Part shown: in pieces, positions 1-42,796 of the stretch
Layout: every line of letters starts with the position of its first letter
Position numbering within the stretch: position 1 is the first letter of the stretch
Made by a program: the position numbers and the translations under genes
DNA from: Macrostomum lignano
Taxonomy: Eukaryota
Assembly: GCA_002269645.1 (NCBI GenBank)
Contig: NIVC01002246.1
Location: 62,001-126,000 of the forward strand
Direction of reading: 5' to 3'
Length of the DNA: 64,000 nucleotides
The notes under the pieces: model-generated
What the model was told of the DNA's origin: nothing
Databases searched by the model: none
Seen by the model: only the letters and a program-made list of their open reading frames with translations

Positions 1-1195
1 CGCCAAAATAAGTCAAGAGGCGCCAAAATGAGTTAAGAGGCACCAAAATGAGTTAAGAGGCACCAAAATGAGTTAAGAGGCGACAAAAATGGGTTAAGAG
101 GCGCCAAAATGAGTTAAGAGGCGCCAAAATGAGTTAAGAGGCGCCAAAATAAGTCAAGAGGCGCCAAAATGAGTTAAGAGGCGACAAAAATGAGTTAAGA
201 GGCGACAAAAATGAGTTAAGAGGCGCCAAGATGAGTTAAGAGGCGCCAAAATGAGTCAGAGGCGCCAAAATAAGTCAAGAGGCGCCAAAATGAGTTAAGA
301 GGCACCAAAATGAGTTAAGAGGCACCAAAATGAGTTAAAAGGCGACAAAAATGAGTTAAGAGGCGCCAAAATGAGTTAAGAGGCGCCAAAATGAGTCAGA
401 GGCGCCAAAATAAGTCAAGAGGCGCCAAAATGAGTTAAGAGGCGACAAAAATGAGTTAAGAGGCGCCAAAATGAGTTAAGAGGCGCCAAAATGAGTTAAG
501 AGGCGCCAAAATGAGTCAGAGGCGCCAAAATAAGTCAAGAGGCGCCAAAATGAGTTAAGAGGCACCAAAATGAGTTAAGAGGCGCCAAAATAAGTTAAGA
601 GGCGCCAAAAAGAGTTAAGAGGCGCCAATATGAGTTAAGAGGCGCCAAAAAGAGTTAAGAGGCGCCAAAATGAGTTAAGAGGCGCCAAAAAGAGTTAAGA
701 GGCGCCAAAATGAGTTAAGAGGCGCCAAAAACAGTTAAGAGGCGCCAAAAAGAGTTAAGAGGCGCCTAAATGAGTTAAGAGGCGCCAAAAAGAGTTAAGA
801 GGCGCCAAAATGAGTTAAGAGGCGCCAATATGAGTTAAGAGGCGCCAAAATGAGTTAAGAGGCGCCAAAAAGAGTTAAGAGGCGCCTAAATGAGTTAAGA
901 GGCGCCAAAATGAGTTAAGAGGCGCCAAAATGAGTTAAGAGGCGCCTAAATGAGTTAAGAGGCGCCAAAATGAGTTAAGAGGCGCCAAAATGAGTTAAGA
1001 GGCGCCAAAATGAGTTAAGAGGCGCCAAAATGAGTCAGAGGCGCCAAAATCAGTCAAGAGGCGCCAAAATCAGTTAAGAGGCGCCAAAATAAGTTAAGAG
1101 GCGCCAAAATAAGTTAAGAGGCGCCAAAAATGAATTTAAAAGGCACCTAAAAAGAATTTAAAAGGCGCCAAAATGAATCAAGAGGCGCCAAAAAT
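1..1195. repeat. 20-bp minisatellite GAGGCGCCAAAATGAGTTAA (ITPR-like intron)
   Basis: Direct inspection. Confidence 0.95.
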
Positions 1196-1418
1196 GAATT
1201 ACGGGGGGCGAAATTCGAGCAATGGGGCGGCAAAAAAGTGCAAAATTATTGTGTAAATGTGAAAGCTACGTTAGCCATAAATTAGAAATCAAAGTACATT
1301 ATTTTATAACAACTTATAGGCATACTCCTGAGGAAATACATACAAATTAGCCAATAAGAAATAACTTTTTGCATAATCATGGCGTATTTTTTGTAAAAAT
1401 TCCACTCGCACTACTCAC

Positions 1419-30902
<29,484 letters not shown>

Positions 30903-31194
30903 AGCAACCAGTCAAATGGCAATGTTTTCTATCATGACAACTTTGTATGCTATGATTAACATGTAAGTTAACTGGTAAAATTTTAGGGTTAACTAACTCT
31001 TTGATCCTAAATTGAATTTGCATGAATTGTAATTTGCATTTGTGTACGAGTATCTTTCGAAAGGAGGCATTCTATGGTAATTCGTTTTTATTAAGCGCTT
31101 CGAACTTCTTTACATACGAGTCGAAAGTCTTAGTCAGTTCGCAGCACTAGGGTCAAGAGCCTTGAAGCTGAGGCAAAAATTGCCTGCATGAATT

Positions 31195-31345
31195 CCTGTC
31201 TGTCTGTCTGTCTTTCTGCCTGTCTGTCTGGATGTCTGTTCTGTCTGTGTGTCTGTCTATCTGTCTGTCTGTGTGTCTGTGTGTCTGTCTGTCTTAGTGT
31301 CTGTCTGTCTGTCTGTCTTAGTGTCTGTCTGTCTGTCTGTCTTAG

Positions 31346-31384
<39 letters not shown>

Positions 31385-31465
31385 GTGTCTGTGTGTCTGT
31401 CTGTCTTAGTGTCTGTCTGTCTGTCTGTCTGCCTGTATGTCTGTCTGTGTGTCTGTCTGTCTGCC

Positions 31466-31502
<37 letters not shown>

Positions 31503-31505
31503 TAG

Positions 31506-31550
<45 letters not shown>

Positions 31551-31585
31551 TAGTGTCTGTCTGTCTGTCTGCCTGTCTGTCTGTC
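31195..31585. repeat. (TCTG)n microsatellite
   Basis: Direct inspection. Confidence 0.95.
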
Positions 31586-32659
31586 TTCTCGTTCGTCTGA
31601 GGAAGATCAGCAGCAAAACTCGGGTTTTTAACTGAGAAACAATATACTGAAATAAGCCGTGCTTGAAGATGAATTAGTAAAATACGTTTTATAATTTTAA
31701 ATGTTGTAATTTTGACATTTGCTAAAGTTTTTAGCCAAGAACTAAACTAATTTAATAAAAAACTTCAATATAATCGTTAATTCAGGAACACAATAAAACT
31801 TCGATGTTAGCCATCACAATGCATTCAAAATATTCAACATGTTTAAACAAATCACAACAATCTCATATAACTACTGAAAACAGAAACATTTCAAAGTCTG
31901 AATACAGATTACATGAACTAACAAACTGTCACCAGACTCAAAAGTGGCAAGTGATTGTAAAATGAAAAATGAAACATCCAAACTAACAGAATAGTATTTC
32001 ACTTTTGAGCTTCTAAAAGATGAGTAACTAGAGCCAATTAATTAGAGCCAAAATAAATACATTTAACATGTTACAAACTCTATTAAAACTTTGAAAAAAA
32101 CTTCAAACAGAGCTCAAACTGGCATTTAATATGCAATCAAGAGATATTGTGTTATGAATTCGTAGGTGATGTAGTCTAATTTTTCAATATTTTTTCTTAC
32201 TTTAATATACTAGCTAGTTAGTATGCAAGCAAATTAGCAAAATTGAAATCGTTGCAACTTTTATTTAAATTATCATTTAAAGACTGTCAATATCAATAGT
32301 AAGGTGTTTTTAATTAATTTTCCATGGTTGTTTTGCTATCTAAAATTATATATGAAAACAAGTGACAGAACTGCTTTAAGATATAGTTTGAATCAATAAA
32401 TTATTGCATAATACTCCTTTAAGTATTGAAATATATTTCTACATATAGAGCAAGTGCTTATACTAGCAAACATAAAAACAAACAACAAAACACATTCACC
32501 AGGTCAGGGACATTTGCAGAAAAAAAACACAAATTGAGACAAAACACCACTGCTTCACAGTTCGATGCTGAAAATGCCTGCATAGAAAACTTGGCATAAT
32601 GAAGGAATCAACTGGCCACAGAGCAGGATTCAGGTTATCATTATTTTGACAAAGGAAAG

Positions 32660-33292
32660 TTAATTACAAATAGTTTGGGTCATCACAGTGTTGCCAGACT
32701 TCTTTGTAACTGTCTTACAGTTTTGGTTGCCATCACTGAAAAACGATGTCTCTTGAAATGTGTGGCTGTGAAACTGCTGCGGTTCGCTGCCACCGAAAAA
32801 GCTATCCTGCTGACCGAAGTGATTGCCGAAGTGATCGTTGAAGTGATTTCCGAAGAAGTCGTCACCAAATATGTCGTGGAAATTCATGTCGAAATGATGC
32901 CTATGGTGATGGTGGCCATGCGATGCTTTGCTGAAGAAACTCTCAAAGAAATCGTGAGCATTTCCTCCACTAAAGTCGTGAGCCTCAGCGAATCCATCTT
33001 CGCCTCCAGCATCGTATTGTCTTCGCTTATTCTCATCGGACAGAACCTCGTATGCGGCAGCAATCTTGACAAATTTTTCTTCAGCCGCTTTTCTTTCCTT
33101 TTCGCTTTTTGTTTTGATTTTATCAGGGTGATACTTGAGCGCCAACTTTCTGAAAGCCTTCTTGATTTCCTGTTGCGTTGCTGTTTTTTCTACACCAAGA
33201 AGCTTGTAGTAGTCTTCCTCTGCTAAAACGTCGGAGCAGAGAAGAGCAAATACAACAAGAGACAAAACTATTGATGCAAGTTGATAACGCAT
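32660..33292 (-). CDS. DNAJB9: DnaJ/Hsp40 ER co-chaperone, DNAJB9 (ERdj4)-like, intronless, 210 aa
   Basis: Signal peptide, J-domain (DYYKLLGV...[15 protein letters not shown]...AYEVLSD) with intact HPD, G/F-rich region, and C-terminal [18 protein letters not shown] resembling the ERdj4 C-terminus. Confidence 0.9.
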   Translation of the reverse strand: MRYQLASIVLSLVVFALLCSDVLAEEDYYKLLGVEKTATQQEIKKAFRKLALKYHPDKIKTKSEKERKAAEEKFVKIAAAYEVLSDENKRRQYDAGGEDGFAEAHDFSGGNAHDFFESFFSKASHGHHHHRHHFDMNFHDIFGDDFFGNHFNDHFGNHFGQQDSFFGGSEPQQFHSHTFQETSFFSDGNQNCKTVTKKSGNTVMTQTICN

Positions 33293-33420
33293 TTTTCGAT
33301 GCTGCTGAATTTGAAATTAAAACTGTTTACACGGTGAACTTCAGCGACGGATCTTCGCAAAACAGGAAAATTGACGGACTCGAAGAATATTATGAAAAGC
33401 AGAAATAAAAACTACTTGAT

Positions 33421-33428
33421 CCACGTCA
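33421..33428 (-). promoter_or_regulatory. UPRE (TGACGTGG), XBP1s/ATF6-type element upstream of DNAJB9
   Basis: Plus strand CCACGTCA = TGACGTGG on the gene strand, about 130 bp upstream of the ATG. A second ACGTGG core lies near 33510. Confidence 0.55.
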
Positions 33429-34640
33429 TCTAAAGCTCGTTGTTCAGCTCGTTGTTCAGGTAGTTATATAAAATATGAAACATATACATCTTTAAAAAAT
33501 GTCTAATGTCCACGTAAGCATGCGGTACAGTGTGTATTGCAATGCTAAAATAAATAAAAGTTTATTTAGCTGTCATAAAAACATTCAATCAGTAAACTAA
33601 TATGCAAATGGTTTAATTCTTAATGCACTGGTTGCTTTTGTTTTATTTTGCAAAGTGTATTTTCGCAGGTTTTCTATTTTTTCGTTGTCGAAGCCTGTTT
33701 CTTAGAACTTTCTTTCATCGTTAAACTTTTAAAAGGCTTTTGCTTGATAGTAAAGACTCGTTTGGCTTAGAAGCGTTGGCTTGGTTCTGGTTTTGGTTTG
33801 AAAATAACAGTATTTGTGTTGTATGTAGACCCAAAACCCTAAACCCAAAATTGTTAGAACTTTTTTATCGCTTTTACAAGGCCAGGGTTACCAACACGGC
33901 AACCCCATCCCATCACTCACACTCATCAGTGTTGTAACGCCTGGCCTGTACGAATTTTGTGCAGCTGTTCGAAATTCAAATTCTGCGCAAATCAAATACA
34001 CAATAAATAGTCACCCTAGGCCTACCCTGAAGTCCTGAACTCCACCTGGTACTGTATAGGTCGGCTACTATAGCCAATAGCCATACCCCATAGGTACTGG
34101 TACAATAGTCCTACTCTACTGTCCACCCATATTCCAGTCTACCCCACCACGCACCACAAATCATATAACTATGTCTAGATACTATAGGCTCTGTTATAAC
34201 AATCAAATAATTCACTATTTTGCTTAAATTCTCATTTCTCTCATCTTGATGGAAACCTAGATGGGAAGACAAATTTTGTACCTTAGATGCTGGTCTCCAT
34301 GTTCACTTGCTGCTCCAAGTAGTGGCTGAACAAGGCCTAAAATATGTACTGATTGATTCCTTTAATTATAATGATATCATGTTTATATTATTACTAGGGC
34401 CTACTATATAGTATAGGCCTTCATTTAGTAGCTTATAGTTTTATTTTTCTTGCATTGGATAAATAAATAGCATAGATTTTTGTTTGCCCTAGAATGATGG
34501 TTATTGCAAATATTGGCAGTAGAAAAAAGACAATATTCATATTTTTTCAGTTGCTTCCCGAAGATAGGGCCTACAGTGCCATGATAGAAGCAAATGCATA
34601 TATGCACGAGCTTATAGAAGCTAACTGCTCAGCACAGTAA

Positions 34641-34689
<49 letters not shown>

Positions 34690-35154
34690 ATTAAATGCAT
34701 TTTAAAACAGCTGAAATTAAATTTACATTATATTTAGATTAATAATAATTAGATGCAGAAAGTCACTAGTATATATAGTATAATAAGTGCAACAATATGA
34801 TAAATACAATTGGCCCATTCCAGCTGATTCCATGCAAAATTTCATACTATTAACAGCTATAACAATTAATAAATTAGCAATACAAAAACTGGCAAAATCC
34901 CCTATTTACTTTCATAAGAATAATTTTAAAAGTAAAACAAACCAACTTGTTGAAATAAAAAACCAGTTTCATTTAAAAAAATTTTTTAATTAGGTTGCTA
35001 GTCAGTTTGTACTTTTAAGTTAAATAAGCAAAGTTTAATAAAATCACTATTTAATAGAAAAGATAGTTTCAACATAAAAAGCAAAGCATAAAGTTATAAA
35101 AATAAATAGTCAAAGAGTTCAATATAAAAGTTACAAAATTACCTAATATCAAAT

Positions 35155-35318
35155 AGTTTGTAATAGTAACTAACTAGTTGGTAATAATAACTAACTAGTT
35201 GGTAATAGTAACTAGCTAGTTGGGAATAGTAACTAATTAGTTGGTAATAGTAACTATCTAGTTGTTAATAATAACTAACTAGTTGATAATAGTAACTAGG
35301 CCTAACTAGTTGGTAATA
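35155..35318. repeat. 21-bp minisatellite TAACTAACTAGTTGGTAATAG interrupted by the Tc1-like element
   Basis: The unit resumes at about 36207 after the element. Confidence 0.8.
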
Positions 35319-35320
35319 TA

Positions 35321-36204
35321 ACTTTTCAAGCTCAACTTTGGCAAAAATGACTTCAATTTTGGAGGCCCATAGAAAAAGCATACGCCTGCCAGCAACATGT
35401 CTATGATCAACTATAGTAGAATCAGTTAAAGTGTGCATTCAACTTTGGCAAAAGTGAACAAATTTTGGCAACTCAACCAAACAAGATGCCGAATGTGCGT
35501 ATATTGCTGCAGGATTGAGAATGGCTAGTGCGCAGCTACCAAGAAGGAAGAGACTAGAAACGACTGGCGAAGGACCTCGACATAAAGAGAACCACGGCTG
35601 ATACAATTATCCACAGGTTTGTCACTGAAGATTGCGTTGTGCTGAAGCAATGAGGAGCCATGAGGCCAAAATTTACACCACTAATGTTAAATGCTGTGAC
35701 TTGGTTTGTTGAAGAGAAGCCCACCATAACGTTGAGGGAGATGAAGGAAAAGATGGAAGCCAAACTTCCAGGCACACCTGGTGTGTCGGTGCAGGCAATC
35801 AGCTGTCACCTGGACTGTACTCTGTACATCACGCTGAAGGATGTTCAGTGAGTGCATGAGCACTAGAATTTGGATATCACCAAGGCGGCGCGCTTCGACC
35901 ACATGCAGTGGTTTATGGAAGCCAGCATCTTAGCACACAATCTCATCTATGTGGAGGAGTTTGGCTGTAATTTGTGGACAGCAAGGATCTTGTTTTGTGC
36001 TTAAATCTTGTTTCCTAGTCCATTTGTTACCATTTTCCATTCAGTTTATTGTGTTACCAAAATTCGCTCACTTTTGCCAAAGTTGAATGCACACTTTAAC
36101 CAATTCTACCACAGTTGACCATAGACATGTTGCTAGCAGGCATATGCTTTTTCTATGGGCTGCCAAAATTGAAGTCACTTTTGCCAAAGTTGAGCTTGAA
36201 AAGG
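35321..36204 (+). mobile_element. Internally deleted Tc1/IS630-family DNA transposon
   Basis: 152-bp imperfect TIRs (35321-35472 and 36053-36204) with flanking TA at both ends. Internal broken transposase: ...KPTITLREMKEK...VSVQAISCHL...LIYVEEFGCNLWTAR (region of the first catalytic D, decayed). Confidence 0.8.
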
Positions 36205-37701
36205 TATAATAACTAACTAGTTGGTAATACAGTAATTACCAACACATTGGGCACATTATGGGGTAGAAATTAGGGCATGCCATGGGGCCACAGATAGTTG
36301 TAGCAAAAAGGCAAAGGAGAGCCAACAACAAGATCAAACCTAGAACAAGAGATGACAAAATCCTTGTTATTAAGGATGGATTAGGCCAAACATAGGAGAA
36401 AAATACAAATGCAAAATACAACCCCACTAGGTAGCCCCATTACCACATAGGCTCCCTATATAGAATTTTTTATAGTAAATTTGGCTTTGGTAAAATACAA
36501 GCAAATTGTGACGTTCTTAGTTGTAGGTTCCAAAAGGATGGTGAACTCAACAATGGCGGAGTAGATTTGTAGCGGTAGCACTTGGCAATTCAGCGGCAAG
36601 ATAAGTAAGGGCTGTAGCTTGTTTATTGTAATTGTCAAATAAGTTAGTACAGAGGCTATGGCACGCGGGGGTGCTATCGGCTATAACAATGGGTTTGAAA
36701 TTAATAGATTAAGTAGGATGATGAGCAGATTGATGAAGGTGATGCAAATAGTAGAGCGATAGCAATGAGTAGACAGTGGTGGCAGCCTTTGGTGGCAAAC
36801 TGGCAGATAGGAAAGTAGCATAGTAGGGCCTAGCAAAAGTGGCTAGCCTGTGGTGGTGTGAGGCAGAGAGAGAGAGAAGGCATAAACAAGTCTGGCCCAG
36901 ACAGAGCGGGCCGTGGCGAGAGATAAGGAGAGAGAGGAGGAGGAGAGCGTGAAAACCCCCAGCCTGCCGCCAGGCGGGGTTAATAAAGGAGCGCAGGAGG
37001 GTTAGCATAATATATGTGCAGAGTTTCCATTGGCTGGTAGGGGAAAAGCAAAAACAGAAAGTATTGATCGCACAAAGACCCTACAGGCATACGCAAAGAT
37101 TACAATGTACGCAATGATTAGCAATTGATACAGATTTGTTGGGTGCTACTACAAGTAAACGTGCGCATACAAGATTGGCGAATGTTAAATGAGAAATTGT
37201 AGTCCAATGGCCCTTTTGCGGGACCACTTTAAACTTACAATGTCACACAAATTTATATTGAAATGTTTAGATTTAGCTGTCTAAGTTTACTAGAGACAAC
37301 TTAAGCTAATGATTTGTATAAAACAATTAATGCAATTCAAATAAGCAGAAAATTGTTTAAAAATGGCATATATATATTTATGTGCAACTGCTAGCCAACT
37401 AAGCCAATGTGGCCTATAAATATATAATGTAAACATAAATATTGATAGAATTACAAGTAAATATTTCTTTTTAATAGCAACAGTAATAATAAGAGAATAT
37501 AGAAAATTGGAAACAGAGGATAGATAGCATGGTGGGATAATGAGAAAGCAGAAAGGTTATAAGACAATAAGAACAAGCTTTGGTTACAGGTAAGGTAAAA
37601 TGGTGACCTGATTAATGCAGACTGTTTTGAATTTCGATCAGGTGCACAGCATTGCAACACAGTTTTATTTGCCATAAAATATTTCTGCCTTCTTCATATG
37701 C

Positions 37702-40246
37702 ATGTCGAATGCTACAGAAGTCCAAGCGTCACTGAGCCAAACAGAGCCAGTGAACGCAGCTAATAACAATGACACCAATGCCAGTGTTGCAGACAAAAAT
37801 GACATTCAGAATGTACAAATTCTAGCTGATGATATTGAGCAGAGTGTGGAGTTCACCAGTGTGAACAAGTGAGTGCGCAACTCTTTTAGCTGAATAATTA
37901 AGCTACATAATATTTCCATTTCCTCAAAAAATTAAATTGTTCACTGATTTTTTGCAGACCTCAACCCGAAGGTATCTTAGCTGATTCGAGCATCCAGGAG
38001 AAGCAGATGCTAACAGATAGCAATGATGATAGCGTTGAGGCGGGCAATGATAATGAGAATGCTGCTGCGGAAGAGAAAGACGTTGAAGAACCTGATGGGA
38101 TAGTAGAAAACAGCGTCAGAGAAACAGTTGTTACTGCAGCAGAAGATGTAAAAGAAGCTGGCACTGGGGAAGTAATCGAAGAAGATTGCGCGGCAGAGGC
38201 AGAGGTTAAAGAAACTTTTGCCGTTGAACAAGACGTCGGGAAAACTGCTGCGGTAGAGGCAGAAGACATAAATGTAACCGTCGCTGCTAAAGAAGACTGC
38301 AAAGAAGCAACCATCGCTGTGGAAGCAGATATCAAAGAAACTGTCACTCCAGAAAAAGAAGAGATCAAAGTAGCCATTGCTGCCGAAGAAGACGTCAACA
38401 AAACAGATGAAAACATCGAAAAATCCGTGGCTGCCGAAGAAGTCAAAGAAGTCATTTCTGCAGAAGAAGATGTCAAAGAAACCGTTGCTGTGGAAGAAGA
38501 CGTCAAAGAAACCGTTGCTGTGGAAGAAGACGTCAAAGAAACCGTTGCTCCGGAAGAAGACATCAAAGAATCCATTGCTGCGGAAGAAAACGTCAAACAA
38601 ACCGTTGCTGTGGAAGAAGACGTCAAAGAAACCGTTGCTGTGGAAGAAGACGTCAAAGAAACCGTTGCTCCGGAAGAAGACATCAAAGAATCCATTGCTG
38701 CGGAAGAAAACGTCAAACAAACCGTTGCTGCGGAAGAAGACGTCAAAGAAATCGTTGCTGTGGAAGAAGACGTCAAAGAAACCGTTGCTGTGGAAAAAGA
38801 TATAAAGGAAACGACTGAAAAAGAAGCAGCTGTGAAAGACATCGCTGACAATTTTGTGATCAAAGCTGACGCCGATGATGAAGACGAAGAAGACGACGAT
38901 TACGACGATCTGCAATCGTGGGATCTGCCACTACCGCGTCGGTCCACCGGCGGTGGTCTGACTCGTCCTCCAGACGTAGAACCTCTGTCGCTTGGACGTC
39001 TGCGTGACCATGACGACGACGATATCGACGAAGATGACGATGACGATAATAGCAACGCCGGAGGCGACAGCGGCGAGGAGAGCGACGACGAAGGGGAAGA
39101 TGACGACGAAGTCGAACTGGCTGGCTCGTCGACCGTCAGACCGTCGAATGCCATACAAAATCCCGAAGCGTTGTTGTCGTTGTGCATTCGCGATTTGGCC
39201 GTTAATGACGCTCGCGATGCTTGGAATGTAAGACAGGGAATGGGAACGCTGACCACAATTGCTTCAAATGAGATTTGTCCGAATCCGAATTTCTGTATGT
39301 CTGTGTGGATCCCAAGTATCGAGAATATTAGCTGACATCTTATGCTCCTCCATTGACAAATTATTGGTACTCCTCAACTGCCAACGCAGTACTGTGTAAA
39401 ACTTTTATCATATAAACTCTTAAGGAGTCAATTGGGTAGAATTCACTGCAGGAAAATAAAAAAGTCAATATTCGCAGGAAGGCTACGGGTACCCTGGCGC
39501 AAACACTATAGAGATTCGCTTAAAATTCTATTATGGCTGCTAGAACAAAAAAAGATTATTGGCCGACAGAAACCAGTCCTGGCGTATTGCCCAAGAAAAA
39601 CTTTTTCAAAATACAAATTAAAGATACTTAGCATTTTTCTTTATACTCTACTTAGAGTAAAAATAGGGGAATTTTATGTGCATAGAATTAATTATAAGGA
39701 ACTTTACTTTGGAACACTACTAATAGTAGAAATATAAAAAAAATCCGTTAAAACTTGCTTAGGAAATCTACCGACGCGGCCGGAACGAAGCCGGCGAGGC
39801 CAGCTCCGATGCCACTATCGCGGCCGCTCGCGAGCTGTCCAGCCGGCAGAGAAATCGCTATCGCGACGTGCTGCCCTACGATCACAGTCGGGTGCGACTG
39901 CTGCCGCTAGGATCCGCTGCTGGCGTTGAAGACGGATGGTGCGACTACATCAATGCCAATCTGGTCACTGCCGCTCACTCTGATCGGGCCTACGTTATGA
40001 CTCAGGCAAGACCTGGTCTTGGCGCTTGCCCTGCATTGTTTATTTCTGCTTTTACTACAATTGCCTTGCCTATTCTGTCTCCTGTCTTCTCCCTCTCCCT
40101 TTCCCTTCCATCTCCTCCTTCTTTCTCCTCTCCCTTCTTTCTCTCGTTTCTCTCCTCTCCTCTCCCTTCTCCTCCCTTCTCTCTCTCTCTCTCTCCCTTC
40201 TCCTCCCTTCTCTCTCTCTCCCTCTCCCTTCTCCTCCCCCTCTCTA

Positions 40247-40327
<81 letters not shown>

Positions 40328-42602
40328 TCTCTCTCTTTCTTCTCTCTCTCTCTCTCTTCTCATCTCTCCCATGGCTCTCTCTGTCCTCTCCCTTTTCATC
40401 TATTCCTCTTCTCTCTCCTCTCTTCCCTGTCGCCAGCCGTTCGTGACCGGCATATTACACACTGATTCTCCGCCAGGGCCCCCTGCCATCGACCAGCGGC
40501 CATTTCTGGCAGATGGCCTGGCAGCTCAACAGCCCCGGCATCGTGATGCTCAGCCGGCTAGTTGAGAAAGCCACAGTGAAGTGTCACCAGTACTATCCGG
40601 ATATGAGGCATCCCAAACTGGACTTCCCAGCTGAGGGTCTGACGGTGGAACTGGCTGACCTACAAAACCATGGCTACTATCTGACCAGGCGGTGCCTGTT
40701 AACCCTGACTGCCACCGGGGAGACTCGGGACCTGGTGCAGTTCCAGTACCTCACCTGGCCAGACTTTGGAGTGCCGCACACCCCCGGAGCCTTTCTCAAC
40801 TTCCTGATGGCCGTGAGGCGGGCCGGGCTGCTGTCTGACTGCCTGAACCGGCCGCCCATTGTACACTGCTCTGCTGGCATCGGGCGGACTGGCACCTTTG
40901 CTCTGGTTGACGTGTGCCTGGCTTTGCTCACCCAGCGCTGCCGGCAGCTGCTTGCTGCTAGCGAGACGGCGCAACTGGATGATCCATCGGCTGCTCAGCC
41001 TGTGGATCTGGGGCACGAGTTGCGGTTGCTGCGGCGTCACCGGATGGGACTGGTGAGTTTGGGAGTGCCGCGTGTCCCTAGAACTGCTCCTAGACACACT
41101 GAGGCAGACATTGAGGCAGACATTGAGACAGACACTGAGACAGACACTGAGACAGGCATTGAGACAGACACTGAGACAGGCATTGAGACAGGCATTGAGA
41201 CAGACACTGAGACAGACACTGAGACAGTCACTGAGACAGTCACTGAGACAGTCACTGAGACAGACACTGAGACAGACACTGAGACAGTCACTGAGACAGT
41301 CACTGAGACAGACACTGAGACAGACACTGAGACAGTCACTGAGACAGACACTGAGACAGACACTGAGACAGGCATTGAGACAGACACTGAGACAGACACT
41401 GAGACAGTCACTGAGACAGACACTGAGACAGACACTGAGACAGGCATTGAGACAGGCATTGAGACAGACACTGAGACAGACACTGAGACAGTCACTGAGA
41501 CAGTCACTGAGACAGTCACTGAGACAGCCACTGAGACAGACACTGAGACAGACACTGAGACAGACACTGAGACAGTCACTGAGACAGACACTGAGACAGA
41601 CACTGAGACAGTCACTGAGACAGTCACTGAGACAGACACTGAGACAGACACTGAGACAGACACTGAGACAGTCACTGAGACAGACACTGAGACAGTCACT
41701 GAGACAGACACTGAGACAGACACTGAGACAGTCACTGAGACAGACACAGACAGACACTAAGACAGTCACTGAGACAGACACTGAGACAGACACTGAGACA
41801 GTCACTGAGACAGACACTGAGACAGACACTGAGACAGTCACTGAGACAGACACTGAGACAGCCACTGAGACAGTCACTGAGACAGTCACTGAGACAGTCA
41901 CTGAGACAGACACTGAGACAGTCACTGAGACAGACACTGAGACAGTCACTGAGACAGACACTGAGACAATCACTTAGACAGTCACTGAGACAGTCACTGA
42001 GACAGACACTGAGACAGACACTGAGACACAACAAGCCAGACGGACAGTCTGCCCCAGAGCCACCCGCACCCCAACCGCAGGTGCAAACTGCAGACCAGCT
42101 GCGGTTCTGCTACGAAGCCGTGGCAGTGGCGGGCCGCCGCATCCTGTCCCAGCCAGTCGCCTCCGTCACCCTAGCGCACGCCGATTCCGGTTCGCTAGAG
42201 TTCCGAGTCGACGCAGCCGACGTGGCGACTGGTGCCAACAGCGACGATGCCGTCCGGCTGCTGTCGTCTTCGAGTTCGTCTTCCGATGATTTGCGGCCAG
42301 CGCAGGCGGCTGCTGCTGCCGCCGCTGCAGCTGCTGCTGGCCGCACTGAGCAGGACATCCTTGACAGCTTGTCGTCCACCGAGTCGGAGTCAGACCGGGT
42401 CATCACCGACGATGAGCTGGCCAAGATGCTGGCTGATGAAGAAGCTGAAGAGAAAGCGGAGCCTGGTAAAACTGAAGCTGGCAGTGCCGGGCAGAAGTTG
42501 GCAGCTGATGATGGAGCTGGCGGTGTCGGTCGGACTGCCTTCGCAGTGGCTGTCGGCGTGGCAGCTGTAGCTGGCCTGACATTCTGGCTGCTGAGATGGT
42601 GA
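37702..42602 (+). CDS. PTPN1/2-like: Non-receptor protein tyrosine phosphatase, PTP1B/TC-PTP (PTPN1/2)-like, with long acidic N-terminal extension, about 925 aa
   Basis: Exons 37702-37868, 37958-39227, 39763-40005, 40477-41052, 42081-42602 are phase-consistent (2778 nt). Intact RNRYRDV, YINA, TQGPL, WPDFGVP, VHCSAGIGRTG and QTADQLRF motifs, plus a C-terminal hydrophobic tail anchor. Linkage of exons 1-2 is inferred from DAWN|EIYRR matching PTP1B GSWAAIYQD. Confidence 0.9.
40085..40430. repeat. (CT)n-rich microsatellite in PTP intron 3
   Basis: Direct inspection. Confidence 0.95.
41095..42030. repeat. 12-bp repeat GAGACAGACACT in PTP intron 4
   Basis: Direct inspection. Confidence 0.95.
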
Positions 42603-42691
42603 TGAGGGAGCCGCCTCCTCCGCGCCTTGGTGCTTATTGTTATGCATGCTTGTACTTACAGTAGTTATTCGAGTGAGTTGTTCGCACCCGT

Positions 42692-42796
42692 TAGGGCCGA
42701 CCTCGGAGGCACAGAGTGCACATGCCTGACGATTGGAAAGTCAGAGGGCCGTGCTGTACACCCTGTGGGAGCGTGTGTATGAGAGCGTGCCTGAGT
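42692..42796 (+). mobile_element. SINE-like dispersed repeat copy about 90 bp downstream of the PTP stop codon
   Basis: Aligns by eye with the 28745-28960 and 20325-20422 copies. Confidence 0.55.
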
